Source: an uncultured delta proteobacterium (GTDB lineage Bacteria > Desulfobacterota > Binatia > Binatales > Binataceae). Taken from it: a DNA stretch of 64,000 nucleotides. The DNA lies in contig CAWHTV010000002.1 of the NCBI GenBank assembly GCA_963832395.1, positions 556,343 through 620,342 on the forward strand. Reading direction: 5' to 3'. The notes below the pieces were generated by a model, which was not told where the DNA came from, did no database searches, and saw only the letters and a list, made by a program, of their open reading frames with translations. This document shows positions 12,494 to 20,815 of the stretch, in pieces; positions within the stretch are counted from its first letter, which is position 1; each line of letters opens with the position of its first letter. The translations under genes and the position numbers were made by a program.

Positions 12494-13358
12494 ATCAACC
12501 TGGCCCTCCTGAGGTCGCTGCCCACACGGAGCAATTGCCCGCTGTGCCGACCTTCGATAATTAGCGTACTCCGTCAGGGAACAGGAACAACCTTCTCAAC
12601 TAAAATGTCCCGGAAGACTTGCCCCATTGAAAGACAGCCATAGCCGGGCGTCGCTGGAGCGCTAAGCGTCACACCGACGAAGGTGTAGGTTTCGACTACC
12701 GGTTGTCGTTCTTGTTCTCCGCCGGTGCCGCCGACAAACTGATCTGTTTCAGTACCTACTGGAATCGCCAGTGGCTGGGGTTAAAGCAGCCGGTTCCCGA
12801 TATACCAACGATGAATAGGTCTCCAAACAAAGGGCCGCTAATAGAGTGACTGGCTCCTACGGCACCAACCAAGGTCAATGGTCTCACCGGTCCTCGCTAT
12901 TATCCAGAGAGGCCTTTGAAAGAACAGGAAAGAGCGGCGTTTATGCTCCATTCGATCACCGATTGACCGGGCCCTGACGTCACCGAGAGAATCGGACCCC
13001 CAGCCCGTGTTCAACAGGGCGGCATCCGTGGTACTGCCATCGAAAGCTGAAATTGCTGAACTACGTCTATGCTTTCTCCTGTCGATAAGAAACGTTCCCC
13101 TGTACGTCTTGGCCTGGACGGCTGGCACTGCGGAAGTACATAGCGACCACTAAGGCCTAGTGACATGACACCCCCGATTTTTGAAAACATCTTCTGCCCT
13201 CCAATTTGTGCTAATCCGCTGACTACAAGCCCAATGGAAAGAGTCCCAGCGCAAGTCCGGAGACCGGCCTATGCCATCGAGATTGGCGCGGCGAGCACTC
13301 GGCATTGACCATGTCGGCCGGCGAACCGCACCGGCGGGCGCCGCGCAACTACGCATCC

Positions 13359-13965
13359 CTATGGCAGGCTGCGAGCCTTCTTGAATCGCCTCGCGTCCGA
13401 GGCATTTCTGCAACCACGCTTGCGCGGTCGGGGTCGTCGTCATATCGAGCTTAGCGAACATCGCGAAGCTCAGGATCGACGACAGGTTGAGGTCGGCGAT
13501 CGTGAAGTCTTTGCCGAGCAGATAGTCACGCCCTTGAGCGCTCCGTCGAGCACCTTCAGCGGCCCCTGCATCGCCGTGACCGCCGCCACCGCCGCCTCCT
13601 CGTTGCGCTGCTCGGGCGGCAGCAGCAACCGGTTGCGCAGGATCGTTAACAGGTGCGGCTCGGCCTCGGTCATCCCCCAGAAACTCCACTGAACCGCGTG
13701 GCCGCGGTCCTCGTGCGACTCGGGCCACAGCGGCGCCTTGCCGTACTTGGCCGCGAGATACAGGTTGATCGCCATCGACTCCCAGAAGATTTTCCCGTCG
13801 TCTTCGAGCACCGGGATATGTCCGTTGGGGTTGAGCTTCAGGTGCTCGGGCGACTTGGCCTTGGCCACTTCGACCGGGACGTGCTCGTACTTGAGCCCGA
13901 GTTCCTCGAGCGCCCACAAAGCGCGCGCCGAACGCGACTTGGACGTGCCATAAAGCTTTGATCAT
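13359..13965 (-). CDS. Glutathione S-transferase; about 3 frame breaks
   Basis: The start is ATG 13965 with GGAGGA 5 nt upstream. The N-terminus MIK(L)YGTSKSRSARALWALEELGLKYEHV requires removing one A of AAA at 13952-13954. The core comes from ORF 13470-13919. The C-terminus (DYLLGKDFTIADLNL...AWLQKCLGREAFKKARSLP*) needs two further shifts and stops at 13359-13361. Confidence 0.75.
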
Positions 13966-14117
13966 CTGTATCCTCCGAAACGCCGAGCGGTTTGATCTGT
14001 TGATTCTATGTAGCGCGCCGGCTTCCTCGCGCACAAACCCTCGCTAGCACGGTCTGCGACCGGCAAACGGATCACGGTCGGCCTCCGGTTGGAACACCGG
14101 CGCGTCCGTGTAAGGAT

Positions 14118-15296
14118 TTGCTCCGAGGCCGACCCCATATGCGACGCGACATTTTCACCGAAGAGCACGAGATGTTCCGGGCGCAGGTGCGCCGCTTCGT
14201 CGAAACCGAGCTGGTGCCGAAGATCGACGGATGGAACCGCGCCGGGATGAGCGACCGCGAGAGCTGGCGCAAGCTAGGCGCGGCGGGATTTCTCGGGCCC
14301 AATGCGCCGGCCGAGTACGGCGGCGGCGGCGTCGACTTCATCTACGACGCGATCGTGATCGAGGAGCTGGCGCGAGTGCGCGCGCACGGTCTGATGATGG
14401 GGCTGCACTCGGACATCTGCCTGCCCTACCTGACCAGCTTCGGCAGCGAGGAGCAGAAGCAGCGCTGGGCGCCGGGCGCGATCAGCGGCGACGTAATCCT
14501 GGGAATCGCGATGACCGAGCCGGGCACCGGCTCCGACCTCGCCGCGGTCCAGACCACCGCGCGGCGCGACGGCGACAGCTACGTCATCAACGGCTCCAAA
14601 ATTTTCATCTCCAACGGCCAGATTGCCGACCTCTTCATCGTGGTGGTCAAGACCGACCCCAAGGCCGACCCGGCACATCGCGGCGTCAGCCTCATCCTGG
14701 TCGAGGCCGACGCGCCGGGCTTCGTGCGCGGCCGCAAGCTCGACAAGCTCGGCTTTCGCGGCCAGGACACCAGCGAGCTGTTCTTCGAGGATTGCCGCGT
14801 GCCGGTGAGCAATCTGCTCGGCCGCGAGGGCGCGGGCTTCAAGATGCTGATGGAAAAGCTCCAGCAGGAGCGGCTGGTCACCGCGGTCGGCGCGATCACC
14901 AGCACGCGGCGCTGCCTCGACGACACCATCGAGTACACCCGCCAGCGCAAGGCCTTCGGCCAGCCCATCGCCTCGTTCCAGAACACGCAGTTCAAGCTCG
15001 CCGAGATGATGACCGAGGTCGAAGTCGGCCAGGCCTTCGTCGACCGGCTGCTGGCCGCTCACGTGCGCGGCGACGAACTCGTGACCGAGGTCAGCATGGC
15101 GAAATGGTGGGTAACCGAATTGCTCAAGCGCGTGTCGAGCCAGTGCCTGCAACTGCATGGCGGCTATGGCTTCATGATGGAGTTTCCGGTGGCGACCGAC
15201 TACGCCGACGCGGCAGTGCAATCGATCTACGCCGGCACCAACGAGATCATGAAGGTGATCATCGCGCGCCGGATGGGCCTCGACGCGCGCGAGTAA
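14118..15296 (+). CDS. Acyl-CoA dehydrogenase
   Basis: The ORF is intact at 392 aa, and the true start is probably ATG 14139. Motifs seen are FTEEHEMFR...GIAMTEPGTGSDLA...INGSKIFISNG...QLHGGYGFMMEFP. Confidence 0.9.
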   Translation: MLRGRPHMRRDIFTEEHEMFRAQVRRFVETELVPKIDGWNRAGMSDRESWRKLGAAGFLGPNAPAEYGGGGVDFIYDAIVIEELARVRAHGLMMGLHSDICLPYLTSFGSEEQKQRWAPGAISGDVILGIAMTEPGTGSDLAAVQTTARRDGDSYVINGSKIFISNGQIADLFIVVVKTDPKADPAHRGVSLILVEADAPGFVRGRKLDKLGFRGQDTSELFFEDCRVPVSNLLGREGAGFKMLMEKLQQERLVTAVGAITSTRRCLDDTIEYTRQRKAFGQPIASFQNTQFKLAEMMTEVEVGQAFVDRLLAAHVRGDELVTEVSMAKWWVTELLKRVSSQCLQLHGGYGFMMEFPVATDYADAAVQSIYAGTNEIMKVIIARRMGLDARE

Positions 15297-15335
15297 CCAA
15301 ACAACGCGACGTCGATCAGTGAAAAGGAAATAGCG

Positions 15336-15687
15336 ATGGCCGAGCAAAAAAATCCCAATCGCGTGATCAGCATCTTTCGCTTTCGCATGAAGAATCTCAG
15401 CGCGGCCGAGCGCGATGAATACAACGCCACCGCCGGCCGTTTGCTGAAGATCGTCAACGCAATGCCCGGCTTCATCTCGTTCCGCGAATACAAGAATCAT
15501 GACGGCGAGTTGCTCGGCATCACCGAATGGGCTTCGGCCGAGGCGCTGGCCGCGTGGCGGGAAAATCCCGAGCATCGCAAGGCCCAGGAGCGCGGACAGC
15601 AGGCCTTTTACGCCGAGTACGAAATCTCCGTCTGCACGCCGCTGCACGCACTACAGCTTCAAGGACGGTCAGCGGTCGGCTCAATGA
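15336..15687 (+). CDS. Antibiotic-biosynthesis-monooxygenase (ABM) domain protein; 1 frame break near 15645
   Basis: It reads ISIFRFRMKN...MPGFISFREYKNHDGELLGITEWASAEALAAWRENPEHRKAQERG. The alternative frame ends ...YSFKDGQRSAQ* with a TGA that overlaps the next ATG (ATGA at 15684-15687). Confidence 0.6.
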
Positions 15688-17233
15688 CCGACGGCTCCGG
15701 GGTTGGCTCGAAGACCGGCGCTCCCGGCCGCGCGCCGCCGGACGAGCACGACGCGCGGCTTCTCGCCAACGTCCATCCCGAGAGCTGGGAAAATCCCGAA
15801 CCGGCGGCGCGCTACAACCTGGTGGTGATCGGCGCCGGGACGGCGGGCCTGGTCGCCGCGGCGGGCGCGGCGGGGCTGGGCGCGCGGGTCGCACTGGTCG
15901 AGCGCCGCTTGATGGGCGGCGATTGTCTGAACTTCGGATGCGTCCCGTCGAAGGCGCTGATTCGCGCCTCGCGCGTATGCGGCGCGATCAACCACGCGGC
16001 GAGCTACGGGATCGCGCCGAACGCACCGGCGCATGCGGAATTCGGCGCAGTGATGGAGCGGATGCGCCGGCTGCGCGCGGAATTGAGCGCTAACGACTCC
16101 GCCGCGCGCTTCAAGGGTCTCGGCGTCGACGTTTTTCTCGGCGCAGGCGCGATTCGTCGGACGCGATGCGGCCGAAGTTGAGGGCATGCGGCTCAACTTC
16201 AGCCGCGCGCTGGTCGCGACCGGCGCGCGTCCGGCCGCGCCGCCGATTCCGGGCCTCGCCGAAACCGGGTTTCTTACCAACGAAACGGTTTTCTCGCTGA
16301 CCGAGTTGCCGCGGCGGCTCGCGGTGATCGGCGCGGGGCCGATCGGATGCGAGCTGGCGCAGGCGTTCCGGCGCTTCGGCTCGGAGGTATGGCTGCTGGA
16401 GGCCTTGGCGCAGATCCTGCCGCGCGAGGACCGCGACGCAGCCGCGATCGTCGAGCGCGCGATCGTCGGCGATGGGGTCGAACTGCTCACCGGATGCAAG
16501 GTCGCAAGCGTCGGGATGGGCGCCGCGGGCCGTATCGTGCGCCTGGAGCATCGCGGCGCGCATCGTGAGATCGAAGTCGATGAAATCCTGGTGACCGCGG
16601 GGCGCGCGCCCAACGTCGAGGGACATCGGCCTCGAGGCCGCCGGCGTGGAGTACGACCGCAAAAGCGGCGTGCGGGTCGACGACTATCTGCAAACCAGCA
16701 ACTCGCACATCTTCGCCGCCGGCGACGTATGCTCAGCGCTTCAGTTCACGCATCTGAGCGACGCGCACGCCCGTATCGTGATTCGCAACGCGCTGTTCTT
16801 CGGACGCGACCGCGTAAGCCGCCTCACGATTCCCTGGTGCATCTACACCGACCCGGAAATCGCCCACGTCGGCCTCGGCGAAGCTGAAGCCGCCGCGCGC
16901 GGCGTCGCGATACGGACCTTCACGCAGACGATGAGCGCGGTGGACCGCGCGGTGCTGGACGGCGAGACCGCGGGAATCGCCAAAGTCCACGTGCGCGAAG
17001 GCGGCGACCAAATCGTTGGCGCAACGATCGTCGCGGCCCACGCCGGCGAAATCATCTCCGAATTGACGCTCGCGATCGCCGCCGGGATTGGACTGGGGCG
17101 GATCGCCGGCGTGATTCATCCCTATCCCACGCAGGCCGAGGCGATCAAAAAGATCGCCGACTCCTACAACCGCACGCGCCTGACCCCTTCGCGCAAGCGC
17201 CTGCTTACGCGGCTGCTCACCTGGCGCCGCTAG
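15685..17233 (+). CDS. FAD-dependent pyridine nucleotide-disulfide oxidoreductase (mercuric-reductase/dihydrolipoamide-dehydrogenase class); 2 frame breaks
   Basis: It carries YNLVVIGAGTAGL, the redox-active GGDCLNFGCVPSK, a second Rossmann motif (AVIGAGPIGCELAQ), IFAAGDV, and a dimerisation domain ending HPYPTQAEAI. Breaks lie near 16150 and 16625. Confidence 0.8.
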
Positions 17234-17339
17234 CGACGCGGGCGCCTTCCCTTGGGCCGCGCGCGCGATTTGCGCTATCCTCGCGTTCGCGCTAGGTCGC
17301 AGTAAAATGCGCGGAACTTCACGTCAAGGAGTTGGTCTT

Positions 17340-18277
17340 ATGCAGCTGCATCCCCAAATGAAGGCGATTCTCGACCAGGCGGCCGCCTCCGGCGCCAAGC
17401 CGTTCCATTTGAGACTCCAGCGCAAGCACGGCAGGGAATCGCAGCGTTGCTGGAGCCCTTCAACAGCGCTCCCGAGAAAGTGGCGAAGTCCGAGAAGCGT
17501 TCCATCCCCGGGCCGGGCGGCGAAATCCCGGTGCAGGTCTATACGCCCGAGGGTAACGCGCCGTTTCCGGTCCTGGTCTACTTTCACGGCGGCGGATGGA
17601 CGATCGGCACGATCGCTTCGTGGGATTCGTTCTGCCGCTCGCTGTGCAACGCCTCCGGATGCGTCACCGTGTCGGTCGATTACCGGCTCGCGCCGGAGCA
17701 CAAATTTCCCGCCGGTCCGGAAGACTGCTATGCCGCGACCGACTGGGTGGCGAAAAACGCCGCATCGATCGGCGGCGACCCGGCGCGCGTGGCGGTCGGT
17801 GGCGACAGCGCGGGCGGAAATCTCGCGGCGGTGGTCGCCCTGATGGCGCGCGATCGCGGCGGCCCAAAGGTCGCCTTCCAACTCCTGATTTATCCCGCCA
17901 CCGACGCGGGCCTCGACACGCCCTCGCAGCAGCAGTTCCAGGACGACGGCTACATCCTGTCCAAGAAGGACATGGTCTGGTTCTGGGGTCACTACCTCAA
18001 CGGCGACAAAGACAAAACCAACCCGTACGCGTGCCCGGCCGAGGCCAACAGCCTGCGCGGGTTGCCGCCGGCGCTGGTGGTGACGGCGGGCTTCGATCCG
18101 CTGCGCGACGAAGGCGAGACCTACGCGGCGCGGTTGCAAGAGGCGGGCGTAAAGACCGAGTGCATCCGCTACGAAGGCGTGACGCACGGCTTCGTGCTGA
18201 TGGCGGCGGTGCTGGACGAGGCGCGCAAGTCGATCGCGGACATGGGCGCGGCGCTCAAGGCCGCGCTCAAGAAGTAG
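17340..18277 (+). CDS. Alpha/beta-hydrolase esterase/lipase (HSL family), copy 1; 1 frame break near 17420
   Basis: The N-terminus is [23 protein letters not shown]. It has the oxyanion motif HGGGW, the nucleophile motif GDSAGG, DPLRDEG, and a C-terminal His in GVTHGF. Confidence 0.8.
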
Positions 18278-18296
18278 TACCGCGCTGCCGCGGCGG

Positions 18297-18344
18297 CTGT
18301 GGGGCGGGCGGCGGCGCGCTAGCGCGCCGCCGCCCGCCCCACAG
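18297..18344. terminator. 48-nt perfect palindrome (about 22-bp GC stem) between the two esterase genes
   Basis: The palindrome is CTGTGGGGCGGGCGGCGGCGCGCT|AGCGCGCCGCCGCCCGCCCCACAG, followed by cgcaTTTTgc. It starts 20 nt after the stop at 18277. Confidence 0.55.
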
Positions 18345-18412
18345 CGCATTTTGCGCCTGCGCTAGCTCGCGCCGTGCGCGGCGCGAGCGTCCGCATCGGG
18401 GAGGAACCGCGT

Positions 18413-19348
18413 ATGCCACTGGACCCGCAGATGAAGGTGATACTCGATAAAGCCGCGGCCGCCGGTGTGCCCTCGTTTCACCAGATGACCGCCGTGCAGG
18501 CGCGCGAGGTCCTGCGCAAGCGCCCGCCGATGGGCGCGCCGGAACCAATCGCGCACATCGATAACCGCGGCATCCCCGGCCCTGCCGGCGAGATTCCTAT
18601 TCGTATATACCGTCCACAGGCGGACGCGCCGCTGCCCGCGGTGGCTTTCTTCCATGGCGGCGGATGGGTGGTCGGCGATCTCGATACGCACGACGTCGTA
18701 TGTCGGATTCTGACTAATGCCGCGCGATGCGTGGTGGTATCGGTCGACTACCGCCTCGCGCCGGAGCATCGGTTTCCCGCAGGCCCCGATGATTGCTACG
18801 CGGCGACCGCATGGGTCGCAAACAACGCCGCGTCGATCGGAGCTGATTCCTCGCGCCTGGCCGTCGCCGGCACCAGCGCCGGCGGCACGCTGGCGACGGT
18901 GGTCGCGATGATGGCGCGCGACCGGCGTGGCCCGCGGCTCGCCTGCCAGGTGCTTTGGTATCCGGCAACCGACGCCGCGATGGATACGCCGTCGCATCGC
19001 GACTACTCTACCGGCGCCTACTACCTACTCTCGCGTGCCGACATGGAGTGGTTCTGGAATCACTATCTGTCGTCCGAGCGCGATCGCGCGAATCCCTACT
19101 GCTGCCCCGGTGTGGCCAAGGACTTAAGCGGACTGCCACCGGCGCTGGTCGTCACCGCCGAGTACGATCCGCTGCGCGACGAAGCCGAGGAATACGCCGC
19201 GAGCCTCAAACGCGCCGGCGTCGCGGTCAAATGCACACGCTACGAGGGCGTGACGCACGCGTTCACCGGGATGGCGCCGATTCTGGACAAGGGCCGCCAG
19301 TCGATTCTCGAGGCGGCCACCGCCCTGCGCGAGGCCTTCGGCGTCTGA
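18413..19348 (+). CDS. Alpha/beta-hydrolase esterase/lipase (HSL family), copy 2 (intact)
   Basis: The start is ATG 18413, preceded by GGGGAGGA. It is colinear with copy 1 (MPLDPQMKVILDKAAAAG..., HGGGW, GTSAGG, DPLRDEA, GVTHAF). Confidence 0.85.
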   Translation: MPLDPQMKVILDKAAAAGVPSFHQMTAVQAREVLRKRPPMGAPEPIAHIDNRGIPGPAGEIPIRIYRPQADAPLPAVAFFHGGGWVVGDLDTHDVVCRILTNAARCVVVSVDYRLAPEHRFPAGPDDCYAATAWVANNAASIGADSSRLAVAGTSAGGTLATVVAMMARDRRGPRLACQVLWYPATDAAMDTPSHRDYSTGAYYLLSRADMEWFWNHYLSSERDRANPYCCPGVAKDLSGLPPALVVTAEYDPLRDEAEEYAASLKRAGVAVKCTRYEGVTHAFTGMAPILDKGRQSILEAATALREAFGV

Positions 19349-19415
19349 CAGGGCGCGTAGTGGTACGGTTCAGGATTTTCCCTTTTGAGTCGCTCGCGCG
19401 AACGCTGTTTCAACA

Positions 19416-20332
19416 GTGACTATGGCTGCGAAGGCACGACACGCCGAACAGACTCCTGGGGTCAAGCCGGGCACATATAGTGATGGGCATCCACTCGACA
19501 CCGTGCACTATCTCGAGTCCAAGCTGATTCTGAAACCGGACCGCTTTACCGGGCTTCCGTCTTTTCATGATTTTGGCAAGCTCGTGCGCCGCGCCGCCGA
19601 GCAACTGGATATCGATTTTTCGACCCGAGGCTCCAAGGGCGTGCGGCCTCGCATCCGGGAGGTAGTGTTTCTCGATACCAAGGACTTCAGCCTGTACAAC
19701 AATTCGTTCATCCTGCGCCGGCGAATCTCATATGAAGATGGTTTTCCGGTGGGTAACCCGGAGATCGTTTTCAAGTTCCGGCATCCCGACCTGCAGCTTG
19801 CGGCCGAGATGGATGTGCGTCCGAATATCCCGGCTGAATATCGGATCAAGTTCAAGGCCGAAGCATTGCCGCTCAAGGATAAGCTCGGCGGGGCTCGTCT
19901 GCTCTATTCGCACAACGTTCAATTCGAGCTGCAGCGCGAGATGCATAGCGCTTCGATGGCTGAGTTGGCGGAGTTTTTTCCGGCGCTCGGTAACCTCGGG
20001 AAGTCGACCAAGAAGGTCCTTTTGGTCAACCATACGATCGTCGAGGAGGTGCTGACAGGATATCGGCGTTCTCGATTTCGGCGAAGGGAGTCACCGCCCA
20101 GTCGAACGCCGCACTGTGGCGGGAGCGCGGTGATCACAAAATGCTCATTGGAGAGTTCGCCTTCGACTGCAAATTCAAACGCAGGGACGAGCTTCACGAC
20201 AAGGCGCTCGAACGCGTCAGACGGTTCTTCATCCTGCTTCAGAACATCGCGAGCCACTGGATCTCGCTGGGGACAACCAAGACCGGTATCGTTTATCGGC
20301 TAAAGGGCAATCCGCCTCAGAGCCACGAGTAA
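19416..20332 (+). CDS. Hypothetical protein, CYTH/triphosphate-tunnel-like; visibly lower G+C; about 2 frame breaks at 20060-20090
   Basis: It shows repeated beta-strand-like segments with alternating charged residues: YLESKLILK, VVFLDTKDFSLYNNSFILRRR, EIVFKFRHP, YRIKFKAEA, LIGEFAFDCKFKRR. The C-terminal ORF 20141-20332 joins through a short third-frame segment (IGVLDFGE). Confidence 0.4.
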
Positions 20333-20398
20333 GACACCGGGTGAGGCCGCACGAAGCCTTCGGCGTGTGACCGAGCCCACCCGCGCGGCAGCTACCAC

Positions 20399-20815
20399 TC
20401 AGGATTTTTTCTGGACGCCGCCGCCGAGGCCAGATTCCCGAAGATCGGAAACCGGGCGATACTGGGTGCTCGGCTCGAGCCGCGGATTGCGCGACGGATC
20501 GAGCGGCGGGAGGCGCCCGTCGCGTTTCGCGGCGGCCTCGACGAGCGCGGTATCGGGCCGCCACGGTTCGGCGTCGCTGTTGCGAACGGCGGTGCCGCGA
20601 AAGTCGTAACGCATCCAGTAGACCGTGCGCATCGCGGCGCCCGCGGGGTCGCGACGCAGATGCGTGTAGATCCATTTCTCGTTGAAGCGCACGCCGTCTT
20701 CCTCGCGCTCGCGCGGATCGTCGAGGCTGCCCTCGGTACGGTCGGGCGTGCCGAGGATGGCGACGATCGCGTTGCGGGCCGGACGATCGTTCAATTCGCT
20801 CATACTTCCGCTCAT
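20399..20815 (-). CDS. Hypothetical 138-aa protein, translationally coupled to nuoEF
   Basis: It is the C-terminal part of ORF 20399-21901 (MSGSMSELNDRPARNAIVAILGTPDRTEGSLDDPREREEDGVRFNEKWIYTHLRRD...). Its ATG at 20815-20813 overlaps the nuoEF TGA at 20814-20812. I recognise no family. Confidence 0.5.
   Translation of the reverse strand: MSGSMSELNDRPARNAIVAILGTPDRTEGSLDDPREREEDGVRFNEKWIYTHLRRDPAGAAMRTVYWMRYDFRGTAVRNSDAEPWRPDTALVEAAAKRDGRLPPLDPSRNPRLEPSTQYRPVSDLRESGLGGGVQKKS

Noticed and set aside
12838-13128. The 96-aa minus-strand ORF in the low-GC interval could be a real gene.
   Set aside because: It has no RBS, an Arg-rich implausible N-terminus and no recognisable motif. It is probably one fragment of a decayed reading frame (see the finding on 12430-13358).
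13240-13270. AAGTCCGG resembles the RNase P RNA conserved GAAAGUCCGG segment. There are also tmRNA-tag-like and SRP-like snippets at about 13057 and 63385.
   Set aside because: None of the other conserved blocks of these RNAs is present nearby, so these are isolated short matches only.
15336-16181. An apparent in-frame ABM-disulfide reductase fusion.
   Set aside because: The alternative frame gives a natural ABM C-terminus and an ATGA stop/start overlap at 15684-15687. The fusion is most simply explained by one indel near 15645.
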